DNA of 64,000 bases from Macrostomum lignano (lineage: Eukaryota): the NCBI GenBank assembly GCA_002269645.1, contig NIVC01001172.1, positions 62,001-126,000 of the forward strand, read 5' to 3'. This document shows, one piece after another, positions 51,371-62,897 of this stretch; the stretch's first letter is position 1; the number at the start of each line of letters is the position of its first letter. The notes below the pieces were generated by a model, which saw only the letters and a list, made by a program, of their open reading frames with translations, had not been told where the DNA came from and did not search any database. Made by a program: the position numbers and the translations under genes.

Positions 51371-53813
51371 TCACGCGGAAGCCGGCGGCCGGACAAGCGA
51401 CTCGGCGGCACCATCGGCCTGCATCTCTAATTCTGTTTGGCAGTTTGCCGGCGTCTTTTTGCCGCTACTCGATCTGAGCCTGTCGGCCAGACTGTAGAAC
51501 AGCTCGAATATCTCGCAGACAGTCAGCAGGCTGCAGCCGATGTACAGTCCCAGTAGGCCGCCTGTGTCCGCCAGGAAGGCGGTGAACGAATAGGAGCGAG
51601 AGATGACCACCTGCGGCGAGACTGTGCTACTCGGCGCAATGGTGACGCTGACCATTGACTCGGCAATGTAGGACCGGAACACGCCTTCCAGGTGGGCCGG
51701 ATGCTCACCTGCTTGCCGCGAGAGTGACGAGCTGCTCAATATTGAGTAGAAACTCTTTGTTAGAGCAAGAGCTCAAAATTGATATGAACAAAAGATTTTT
51801 TTGCAAAGAGTTTGCCTGTCATTTGACTGCCTGTAATTTGACTGCCTGTAATTTGACTGCCTGTAATTTGACTGCCTGTCATTTGACTGTCTGTCATTTG
51901 ACTGTCTGTCATTTGACTGCCTGTCATTTGACTGCCTGTCATTTGACTGTCTGTCATTTGACTGTCTGTCATTTGACTGCCTGTCATTTGACTGCCTGTC
52001 ATTTGACTGTCTGTCATTTGACTGTCTGTCATTTGACTGCCTGTAATTTGACTGCCTGTAATTTGACTGCCTGTAATTTGACTGCCTGTAATTTGACTGC
52101 CTGTCATTTGACTGTCTGTCATTTGACTGCCTGTAATTTGACTGCCTGTAATTTGACTGCCTGTAATTTGACTGCCTGTCATTTGACTGCCTGTAATTTG
52201 ACTGCCTGTAATTTGACTGCCTGTCATTTGACTGCCTGTAATTTGACTGCCTGTCATTTGACTGCCTGTAATTTGACTGCCTGCCCTTCCGAGAATATAA
52301 GCCTGGCTTGCTTCATTCCTATGCGGATATCCAGAAAGTGAGCAGAAAGAGTGAAAGACAGTTCTTCATGCAGACCGCCAGCTGTACACTCACCGCTGTC
52401 CAACTGCTTGGCAATTTTGATCAGCTCTGCAATAGCCGGCGCCAGGTGCTCACTGTCGTTGAACAGCGGCATTCTGGCGAAGTAGCTCACTGCCGAGCTG
52501 CCAACGCTGGGCCAGGTGGCGAACGAGAAGGACGCGCTGTACTCCGGGTGCTGGCAGGGCTGGGACAGCCGGCAGATTCGCTTCACATCGGCTTCGATCT
52601 GCTTCCAGTCGATTGGCTTGTTCTTCAGGGCCTGTATGCTCCGCTTGCTGGATTCGGACATGTTGAAGCAGCGCTTGGCGTGCCGCATGCTCCAGATGAT
52701 GGGGTAGTGAGAGAACACGCAGTCCAGCTCTTGTAGCAGCTGCTTGGTCATCTCGTGATAGTAACAGGCCGCGTAGCTGTAGGTGAAGTTCACTTTCTCG
52801 TCTGTCAAGTAGTCCTTGAAGTTGACATTCGGATTGTTCACCGAGCAGTTGGTGCCGTGCAGATCGTGGCTGAAAAAGTTCTCCTCCATCTCGAGACTGA
52901 CGGTGTAGGACTTGCCAGGCGCCAGCAGGAAGCTGGTCTCGTGATCGAACGACGGATAGGTGCCGTTCTGCACTATCAGCATAGTGAAGCCGGAGCTCTT
53001 GAGCTTCTCGATGCCGACGGTGGGGTGCCAGTCCTGGTAAAGAATCTCCTCACCAGAGTCGGGGTCAACCATGGGCTTGATGTGGTGCCCGGAGTAGGAG
53101 AAGTCCTTGAAGTACGGATCCGCCGACAGCTGAACCTCCAGCTTGTACATCTTGGTCTCCATCTGATGCCGCTGCTCCTCGGTCAGGACGAGCTTGAAGC
53201 AGATGAGGTTCTCTGGATGGCTGAACTCCTCCACTGCCACGCTGAAGGTCTCGTGCAGGGAGGAGATGTTGCACCGCAGGATGGATTGAGACTTGCGATG
53301 CGTCAGGTACTTGGTGATGAGGTCCACCGGTAGCGAGTTCTGGATGAACGAGGCCCGCGACTTCAGGCTCATGTGCATCTCACCGCTCGAGTTGCCGAAA
53401 ACATCGTCGTAGAGTTTTCCGAGCCGTCTGATCTCCTGGTTCACCTGGCGGGCCTCCTCGGTGCTCAGGACGAACGGGAAGCTGCCCGAGTACGGGTTAA
53501 TTGGGCAAAAGTACAAGTCGGGAAAAACGAACGGAACCTTGTCCAACTCGTACGACTTGCTGATTTTGTTCTCGCTGAGCCGCCTGACCAAAGTGCTGGC
53601 GTTGTTGAAGAACAGGCCGAGGAACACCAGGAACAGCAGCAGCCACATGGCCCGCATCGGGGTGCTGTGTGACGCTGCCGCCCGGCTGATGCCGTGGGCG
53701 GTGCTGCCGGCCAGAATGGTGAGCACTGTGCCGCTAAGGGCGGCGGTAGTTCGGCTGTTGCACAACTTGGCTGGGCAGCAGCCGCAGCAATCGTGCTTCT
53801 CATTGCTGCAAGC
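51371..53813 (-). CDS. DEG/ENaC (amiloride-sensitive sodium channel/ASIC/FaNaC superfamily) subunit, 5'-partial, at least 585 aa
   Basis: Exons 53813-52394 and 51708-51371. Intron 52393-51709 has a GTGAGT donor and AG acceptor, phase 1. Motifs: STAHG, TM1, FPDLYFC, cysteine-rich thumb, PC...Y..S...WPS, YIAESMVSVTI and TM2 FLADTGGLLGLYIGCSLLTVCE. A phase-0 acceptor at 53814-53815 implies an upstream exon that I could not locate. Confidence 0.9.
51815..52283. repeat. 15-bp minisatellite (TTTGACTGCCTGTAA/CA)n inside the DEG/ENaC intron
   Basis: Direct inspection. Confidence 0.97.
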
Positions 53814-56777
53814 CTGAAAATATGTTTTATATGCATGCGTGAGCTGAAAATATTATAATAATAATAATTATTATTATTATTATATTATTTTCTGACAGTG
53901 AAGGAATTAGTAGCTTAAAACCTGTATCAGAAATAATTGAATAATTGAATAATTATAAGTATAATAATTATAACAAAGTAATAACTATTATTACTTTACT
54001 TTATTGTAATTATAATAAATATTTAACAATATTATTTACACTAATGAAATATTGAAATATTGTAATAATGTGCATTCTTTTACTTTAAATGAAATAAACC
54101 ACATCATTTCAAGAGAGACTGATTAAATTACCAATTTTGACACAATTTTGTTAAATTATGCGTTTAAAATATATATCAGCAGACTCTACATGTATTTTTA
54201 TAAGGTTAAAAATGGGATTAATAAAGTTATGCTTTAGTCTATTATTATTTATTTGTAAAAATATAAATATAAAACATAGGCATTCAATCTAAAGGTTACT
54301 TTTTACATCTGGTCAGCAATAGAAAAGTGTAAAGTGGAAATGCAAAATTTGCCTGTTTCTATCAAGTAAATAATATATTTACATGTATAACAAACAATCC
54401 AAACATGAAGCAGTTGTTTGAAGCCATTATTTGACAAAAAACCATTTCAATCAAATACTAGTTAATTAGCAAAATAATTGAGTTACAAAACTTAGGATGC
54501 TAGTTATTAAAGTACTATTGAAATAGAATATATTTGGAAAGGAGCTGTTTGTACTCATGAAAAGTTTTTAATATCACTAATTCTCACGGTGGGCTAGGAG
54601 AGTTTTTTTTAGAAACATTGCACGTGTGATTTTGAAAATGTTCGAATTTATTTTCGTAATATTTTATAGCCGACATTTCATAAACTATAACAAAGCGGTA
54701 TAAATTTGAGTATCTGTACGAGATAAGCATCTTATGACAAGATTTATAATGAGTTTAAGTATACATATAAAATAGATACATGAAATCACATCAGCAAATA
54801 AAAACCTGAACATTCATTCGCACTTCAAGCACGAATTCTCAAACAACGTATAAAATTACATGCATTAAAACTTGTGTTCATTATCTAAGCCAGTTTATTT
54901 TGCGAATGAATTTTTAACATCAGGAACATATGAGAATTTATAAGTTAAGAGTTCGATGTGTTTCACCCCTCATGTTGATGTAGATGTAGATGTTGATTAG
55001 AGAGTGCAGACTTAACCTGACGAGAAAATTCGTTTTTAGAAATGTTTTGGAGACTTGGTTAACGCAAAAAGTACACTATAGAGATAAGAACTTCTCATTT
55101 TTGGAACGGAAATAGCGATAGTTTTCTTTTGGATGCAGATCTAAAGCTCATATTTTAGTACACTCGTAGAAATATACCCTGCTTTATTGATTTTTAAAGC
55201 TTTTTCTGCAAAAGTTAAACTCACGACGCCACTCCTCCGTTGGAGGAGAAATGCCATTCCCAAAACTCTACCCGGATTTCCCCGGGAACTGCATCTCAGG
55301 AACTCCGGAAGCTATTAAAATCGCAAAATATTATCAAACCACAGCCCAGTAATCCTAGTCATAACCTTAAAGCCAACCCTTCCATTAATTATAGTTATCC
55401 AACGCAGAGAGTTATCAAAAAAATCTCGACAACTATACACGATTTAGTTAATTCCAGCCGACCAATAGCTTCAAACGCCACCCTAACTTTCTCTGTCAAT
55501 GCGAACAATATTTTACATGTACAGTACAGTCGAAACATTTTGCGATAAGAAGATTACTGGATTTCAAGCGTTGAAAAAATGCTTTTAACGAATTTTTCAT
55601 CTGAATCTGTGTGACAAGTACTAGCGCTTTTCAGCGCCGCAAAAAGCCGCAGGTACTGCATGCCAATTATTGACAGTACATGTAAATTTAAAGAATACGA
55701 TAAAGATTATGAATCAAGAAGCACATTCGCGCGTTAGCTACTGTCAGTTTATTAGGCTAAATATACATGTGAAGCATTTTAATGCCATGTATGTATTTTA
55801 GATACCCCCCCCCAGCTGAACCCCTCCGAGCGCGTTTTTTCACACCAAAACCACCAACCAACCAATTTTTATTGCCTTCCTAGCCCGGTGTTCCAGCCTA
55901 AAGCTGCCTGCTATGTACACTTGCAGTAGCGCTGGCCTAATGTACATATCATTATTACGGCTGCACCAATAGCAGTAGGCTGTTTACGTCTGCAAGTCAC
56001 CTTAAATGCCTTCATTTTTATAAAATAGCTTACGCATTCTTTCTTACTACTACTTAACTAAAAGTAGGAAAACAGTTTTACCAAGCAAATATAGCTAAAG
56101 GGCCCTAGTGTTTATGTGTGATCAAGACCAAGATAAAAATTCAACTTTTCAGCCACTAAGGTGGATTCACAGACTTCATCAAGATTAACCAATGTCTGCA
56201 ATATGGATCAGCTCAAACTTTAAGAAAATCTTCAAGGAAATTTACCGGTATTGACTGGAATTTGGAAGGCCAATAAAATGAAGCAAAAACAAAAGCAAAT
56301 TGCTATTCAAATTATTTTAAAGGTTAAATGGCACAAGCAGAAATTCATTAATGCTTTTACTGTATATTTGACAGCAATAAAGAGAATCGCGTTGCTACCA
56401 CGACACAGAGAAACAGCCAGAGTTAATTTTCGACCGCTTACAAAAATGCATGCGTGCGCCAATCAGAATCACACACATTTATATATTTGAGCTACTAATA
56501 GTAGGGGGCAAAGAAAACTAATAAGAAAAATCACCGTTAAAAGATTTGGTGAAAATCAAAACCAGAGTACATCTGACTCTTTGTGCGAATCTGCGAACTG
56601 GGAATTCAATCAGACTATGGGATTATAATGAAATTGGTTTATTTGCTAAAAACGCAACTGTTGAAAAATATGATAATCTAATCAAAAACACAATTACCAT
56701 AATTATACGCATACAAAATGGAGAGTCTGACAAGTGCACTATGTATTAATATAGTCTGCATTAGAAACAGTTCGTAT

Positions 56778-58980
56778 TCAAAGCGGCTTCCTAGCCTTGA
56801 ACAGGCCCCAACGCTGGCAGCCCCGGTCCACTCGTCCGATTTTGGCGCCCCAACCGTCCAGGATGTACTGGTACATCTGTTCGCCAACATCCTGGTGAAA
56901 TTCGGTTTCGGGGAATGCTTTCATTAAAACAGGCAGCAGCATTTAACAGTTGAATGGAGTGACCTTGAATCACGCGAGTTTGAATGACGTGACCTTGAAT
57001 CAAGTGAGTTAGAATCGTGTGACCTTGAATCACGTGACCTCGAATCACGTGACCTTGAATCAAGCAAGTTTGAATGACGTGACTTTGAATCACGTGACTT
57101 TGAATCACGTGACCTTGAATCACACAAGTTTGAATCACGTGACCTTGGATCAAGTGAGTTAGAATCGTGTGACCTTGAATCACGCGACTTTGAACCACGT
57201 GACCTAGAATCACGCAAGTTTGAATGACATTACCTTGAATCAAGTGAGTTAGAATCGTGTGACCTTGAATCACGTGACTTTGAATCACGTGATCTTGAAT
57301 CACGCAAGTTTGAATGGCGTGACCTTAAGTCACGTAACTTAATCACTTTAACCTTTGTACTTTAAGAGCCTCTTACATGCAGCTAGGATTGGGAGGGACT
57401 ATTTGCAACGAGGATGGGGTTGATTGCTAGAATCATGACGCACCAACGTGCATTGGCCTCTCACCTTAAGAAACTGCTCGCGCAGTCCCACCACCCGGGA
57501 CTGCTCGTCGACCAGGGCTCGGCGAAACCGGTCGGTGAAGTCGATAGCTTCGACATCAGTGAAACCGACGCTTGACAGGACGGCGCCGTACTCCGGCACG
57601 GTCAGCAGGTGGTAGCCTCGCTGCTTCACGTAGGCCGCGTAATCGTCTGGCCAGGGCTTCTCACCGCAGCAGTAGTCCGTGACCAGCAGCTGGCCGCCCG
57701 GCTTCAGCCAGCGCAGGCAGCGCTGATACAGAGTGGCCTTGTCGGCGATGTGCAGGATGGTGTCCCGGCTGTACACCAGGTCGAATGAGGCCTCTGGATA
57801 GTCCACGGTGGTGCAGTCGGCCAGGACGAGGCGGACTTGATCTTCGCGCAGGCCTTCTGGAAAGTAGATTAGCAATCCATTCCATTCCTTAATGAACCAT
57901 GTTGGCTAGATTAGCAATCCATTCCATTCCTTAATGAACCATGTTGGCTAGATTAGCAATCCATTCTATTCCTTAATGAATGATGTTGGCTAGATTAGCA
58001 ATCCATTCTATTCCTTAATGAATAATGTTGGGTAGATTAGCAATCCATTCTATTCCTTAATGAATAATGTTGGGTAGATTAGCAATCCATTCTATTCCTT
58101 AATGAATAATGTTGGCTAGATTAGCAATCCATTCTATTCCTTAATGAATAATGCTGGGTAGATTAGCAATCCATTCTATTCCTTAATGAATGATGTTGGC
58201 TAGATTAGCAATCCATTCTATTCCTTAATGAATAATGTTGGCTAGATTAGCAATCCATTTTATTCCTTAACGAATAATATTGGCTAGATTAGCAATCCAT
58301 TTTATTCCTTAATGAATAATGTTGACTAGATTAGCAATCCATTTTATTCCTTAATGAATAATGTTGGCTAGATTAGCAATCCATTCTATTCCTTAATGAA
58401 TAATGTTGGGTAGATTAGCAATCCATTCTATTCCTTAATGAATAATGTTGGCTAGATTAGCAATCCATTCTATTCCTTAATGAACCATGTTGGCTAGATT
58501 AGCAATCCATTCTATTCCTTAATGAACCATGTTGGCTAGATTAGCAATCCATTCTATTCCTTAATGAATAATGTTGGCTAGATTAGCAATCCACTTACGC
58601 ATCTTTAGTTCCTCAGAAAGGCACTAGACTAGCAATCCACTCTAATCCCTCCACAATCGAGGCTCACCCTTCTCAACCTGCTCCTTGAGCCGCTCCATGC
58701 CGATGTCCAGCATATTCTTGGACAAGTCGATGGCCTCGACTCGGCAGCCGTACTTTCTTGCCAGATAGAAGGCGCTACCGCCGATGCCGCAGCCGATGTC
58801 CAGCACGGAGCTGTCGGGCCTCAGACTCAGCGCCGAGCACAGATCATTAGTGGTGTCCTCTCCGCCAGTGCTAACGTAGGTGTGACCGAAGATCTTCTCG
58901 TAGCTCAGAATGCCGATTCGAGAATATTGGACATTGTCCAGGAACTCTTGAAATGTAGCGTAGCCGTGATAGTCTGTCAT
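56778..58980 (-). CDS. PMT: Phosphoethanolamine N-methyltransferase (PMT/PEAMT), single methyltransferase domain, 272 aa
   Basis: Exons 58980-58668, 57856-57465 and 56891-56778 (GT-AG, phases 1 and 0; 819 nt). Motifs FQEFLDNVQYS, YEKIFG...VSTGG, SAM motif VLDIGCGIGG, YSRDTILHI, WLKPGG, DYC, RGY and GW.AK...QRWGLF are colinear with the C-terminal domain of plant PEAMT. Confidence 0.93.
56950..57340. repeat. 15-bp minisatellite (GAATCACGTGACCTT)n in PMT intron 2
   Basis: Direct inspection. Eight CACGTG cores. Confidence 0.95.
57865..58595. repeat. 42-bp minisatellite, about 17 copies, in PMT intron 1
   Basis: Unit GATTAGCAATCCATTCTATTCCTTAATGAATAATGTTGGCTA, period 42. Confidence 0.97.
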
Positions 58981-60199
58981 AGCGATCCCGGTGGCTAATT
59001 AATTATCTGTGCTGTTGTTGCCTGTTCTGTAAATCGTGCGCCAATGAAACTTCTCTTCACTCCAAATGCTTTTATTACGCGGTTTAAAAGCCCGAGTGGC
59101 GTGGAGGGAGGGGTACAGAGATTATAGCTACGAATGGAAATGAGTAATTTTCCATTGCATTCAGAATTACACAGGCTGCATTTGCACTGGCATTGGCTGG
59201 CGTGGCGTGTGTTGGGTGGCGGCCGAGGACCACTAGAGACCCAAAGCTATCTGGAGTGGAAACTACCAATAAAGAGTTAGTCAATTGGAAAATATGAAAA
59301 GCACTCTGAACCTCTGACAAGTTAGCATGATTTCCAATCCAAATACTTGGTTTTTTTTTCAGAACTCCTTGAACTGTAGGTATTTCTATACATAGCATAT
59401 AAGCTATAGATTAATTCAAAATCAAAAAACAAATTGAAGCTTCCAATCCAGATGTTTGCTCTGTAGTAGTTCTTGAATTTTATTGTACTTTATTACGTCT
59501 TGCCCTACACCTGACAGCTTATTAATTTAAGTAGAGTCAGCTATGCGCTTCGGACAATTCGGTCAAAGATTTCCACTCCAGAATAACAATTTGTACTCCT
59601 TGAACGTAGGCGCTCTTTTCCTTGGACTGACTGCTTAGTTTGTGCTTAAAACCCGGTTAAAACCCACACTAGGGGGGATTTTCTCGTAGCAAAATTAAAC
59701 TTCTCTCTCTACCCCCTCCATGATATTCCATAGTCCGGAAATCTTCCTGCACACTGATTAACACTAACAGCATGCGGTGCCTATTGAAGACTTGAGTGGC
59801 AATGTTCAGTCAGTGCCGCAGTCATATATTATCTTACACGTGTAAGCTAGACTAGTGTCAGAAAACCGGTTTGAACCGGCGCATGCCAAATCTATAACTG
59901 GAATTGTAAACGCTACCAAATAGCTTTGAGATAACAATAGATTTATAGCAGCATGTAAAGCTTACCAGAACCCGTGTAATAAAGCATGACTCAGCAATTT
60001 TATTTTATCTTATTTACGCAAAATTTACATGCAAATCATTCTCAATAAGGAGAGTTCAACTCAATAGAAACACTAAAAGGAACACAGTTGATGCAATTTC
60101 AGATTGCATTGTACCACAAAATTAAGAATTAACAAGCTATAAGCATACAAAGTACCTACTTACTACTTACTATAAGTATTCAACACAATTTTAGATTTT

Positions 60200-60400
60200 A
60201 CAGCGTGAAAATTCGAATCAAACGATATGTATCGATATTCGAATTAAACTTTATGTATCAATATTTGAATTAACCGATACGTATCGATATTCGAATTAAA
60301 CGATATGTATCGATATTTAAATTAACCAATATATATCGATATTTGAATTAACCAATATGTATCGATATTAAAATTAAACGAGTATTAGAATTAAACGATC
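60200..60400. repeat. ~26-bp minisatellite (ATCGATATTCGAATTAAACGATATGT)n
   Basis: Direct inspection. A further unit resumes at about 60697, after the SINE. Confidence 0.85.
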
Positions 60401-60405
60401 TATTA

Positions 60406-60690
60406 GGGGCTGTAGCCTAGTGGTTAGAGCGTCGGACTCACAACTTGAAGGTCGGGGGTTCGATTCCCGATTCCACCGGAACAATTTGTGTTATTGAGCA
60501 AGACACTTAACTCTGCATTGCTTCAGTTCACCCAGCTGTAAAATGGGTGCCAGCATCAGCTGTACTAATTGAGGATGTGTGTGGCGACCCCCCCTCCCCA
60601 GCCCTTGGACTGAACAGCCGTACGCAGCCTTGAGATGCGCCGTGCAATAGCTGCGGCTGAGCTGTCGGTTGCACAACCTGGCCAAAACGA
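60406..60690 (+). mobile_element. tRNA-derived CORE-type SINE
   Basis: tRNA-like head with A box TAGCCTAGTGG and B box GGTTCGATTCC (60457-60467) but no acceptor-stem pairing. It is followed by GAGCAAGACACTTAACTCTGCATTGCTTCAGTTCACCCAGCTGTAAAATGGG (about 60495-60547), which resembles the MIR/CORE central domain as I recall it. Confidence 0.8.
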
Positions 60691-60792
60691 TATAATCATC
60701 GATATTCAAATTAAACAAAATATGCAACTATCTAGAAATCTAAATTGCGTAAATACGCGCAGCAAAATTTCGAATGAGCAGTGGAGCACTTT

Positions 60793-61134
60793 CTAAAAGT
60801 CAATGCAGCGCCCTTTCCGCTCCCAGTCGCCGAATCTCGTCGGCTCCGGCCCTCGAGGCCCTTCAATCTCTCCAGTCAGCGGGTTGACATTGTTCGGAAA
60901 TGCTTCCAGCGGCTCTTTCGGCGCGTCCGGATGCGGCGGCTTCGTCTTTGCTGGCTTCTCCTGGTCGTGAGAATCAGTGGCGGCGCCCGACAGTGGCTGC
61001 TGCTTGCCCGATGAAGCCGAGTTGGATGAGGAAGCCAGCATCCGCGACTGCATCGGAGCGGCGACAGGTTTGATTGACAGGCCAAGTTGTACCGCCTTTC
61101 CTAGAACAGCTCTGCTCAGTGCGACAGGCCACAT
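60793..61134 (-). CDS. SDHAF4: Succinate dehydrogenase assembly factor 4, mitochondrial, 113 aa, intronless CDS
   Basis: C-terminal signature GEIEGPRGPEPTRFGDWERKGRCIDF. Basic/hydroxylated presequence-like N-terminus from the ATG at 61134. Confidence 0.95.
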   Translation of the reverse strand: MWPVALSRAVLGKAVQLGLSIKPVAAPMQSRMLASSSNSASSGKQQPLSGAATDSHDQEKPAKTKPPHPDAPKEPLEAFPNNVNPLTGEIEGPRGPEPTRFGDWERKGRCIDF

Positions 61135-61194
61135 GTTCGTCTGGGACTGCAAATTTCGAAGGCTCTTATTGATTTGAAAAAATAGCTGTGAGAG

Positions 61195-61940
61195 TAGATA
61201 AAGTGAGGGAGAGGGCAGATGGACTGAGGGTAGATAGAGCGAGGGAGATAAGGGGTAGATAGAGTGAGGGAGAGGGCAGATGGAGTGAGGGTAGATGGAG
61301 TGAGGGCAGATGGACTGAGGGCAGATGGACTGAGGGCAGATGGAGTGAGGGCAGATGGACTGAGGGCAGATGGAGTGAGGGCAGATGGAGTGAGGGCAGA
61401 TGGAGTGAGGGCAGATGGAGTGAGGGCAGATGGAGTGAGGGCAGATGGAGTGAGGGCAGATGGAGTGAGGGCAGATGGAGTGAGGGCAGATGGAGTGAGG
61501 GCAGATGGACTGAGGGCAGATGGACTGAGGGCAGATGGACTGAGGGCAGATGGACTGAGGGCAGATGGAGTGAGGGAGAGGGAGGTAGATAGACTGAGGG
61601 AGAGGGAGGTAGATAGATTGAGGGAGAGAAAGTAGATAGAGTGAGGGACAGGGGGTAGATAGACTGAGGGAGAGGGGGTAGATAGAGCGAGGGACAGGGG
61701 GTAGATAGAGTGACCAAGAGAGTAGATAGATCGGGAGGAAGAGAGGGTAGATAGAGCGAAGGAAATGGGGTAGATAGAGTGACCAAGAGAGTAGATAGAT
61801 CGGGATGAAGAGAGGGTAGATAGAGCGAGGGAAATGGGGTAGATAGAGTGACCAAGAGAGTAGATAGATCGGGAGGAAGAGAGGGTAGATAGAGCGAGGG
61901 AGACGGCAGATACGGGAGACGATAGCTAAGGGAGAGGTTA
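61195..61940. repeat. 15-bp satellite (GAGGGCAGATGGAGT)n grading into a ~64-bp higher-order repeat
   Basis: Direct inspection. Causes the spurious N-terminal extension of ORF 60793-62103. Confidence 0.95.
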
Positions 61941-62897
61941 GATAAGGGAGGGCAGATAAGGGAGGGCAAGAGTGGATGCAGATGGAAGATGAGAAGTGAA
62001 ATCCTGACAAACAAATAATTAAATTCAAACTGGAAAATTGAATAAAAACCAGTTCAGAGAAGCCAGTTAGGCAGTTGTATTGGCCAGCTAAAACACACAA
62101 CAAGTCTGCAAGTCGGTCAATATTGTTTTGTAGAGGGTAGGTGGATGTCAGACAGACGGTTCGTATTTATTTTATTTGCGTCTTTCGTCTACTTATACTC
62201 AGTTGGAGCACAACTCGTTATTAAATTTTACGAGAGAATTCATCCATACTACTTATACAGGAAAAAATAAGTAGGTAGCTATTAGAAAGGACAATAATAA
62301 CAAATATACAGATTTTCAACTTTTTGAATTCCGATAAAACAATTTGCGTTCAAACGAAAGAGAAAATAAGAGGCATATTGTGCTACTGAGCTAAGTAGCA
62401 GTAGTAGCATATATATTACAGACACAACGGTGCTACGCTATGAAAAAGTAAGGTTATATTTTAAGTTCTTAAATTTCCATTTTTTGGTAACCAACAGATA
62501 CCTGAGTCTTAGAAATAGAAATCAATATTCGCAGAAGGTCTGTGGGGACCTTTAGACCCCCATTCCGCTGACTCCTGACCCTACACGCGCTCACACAGAG
62601 TGTACAGCGCCCCTGGACATTCTAATCGTCTTGGGGGCTGGCCTCATGGGTGTTAATTTAGATTTGAATCTAAATTTAGTTTAAACTTTCTTTAAATGTT
62701 AATTCTATGAGTGAAATCATGATAACAAAGTTCAAAGGGTCGCACAAAACGGCCTCCATTGTTATGCTGATGTTAAACCATTACAGACAGCTGAACCCCC
62801 GCTGGATAGACAAAGAAGAATAAATACAAATATAAAATTCTAAAGAAGCGGAGTTCTCAAACGAATAGCAGTCCCGATGGTGAAGTTCTCCTTACTC

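Noticed and set aside
52254-52393. C-terminal 46 aa of the 503-aa DEG/ENaC ORF (ECTAGG...QAVKLQAVK)
   Set aside because: This is intron read-through. A perfect GTGAGT donor at 52393 joins in phase to 51708 and restores the beta-strand and TM2.
54961-55020. Candidate first exon for the DEG/ENaC gene (CAACATGAGGG|GTGAAA)
   Set aside because: The donor is phase 1 but the acceptor at 53814 requires phase 0.
60406-60478. Possible tRNA-Val(CAC) gene
   Set aside because: The acceptor stem does not pair, the T-stem is broken, and it continues into a CORE domain, so it is a SINE head.
61135-62103. 323-aa N-terminal extension of the SDHAF4 ORF
   Set aside because: It is derived from the 15-bp satellite; the true start is the ATG at 61134.
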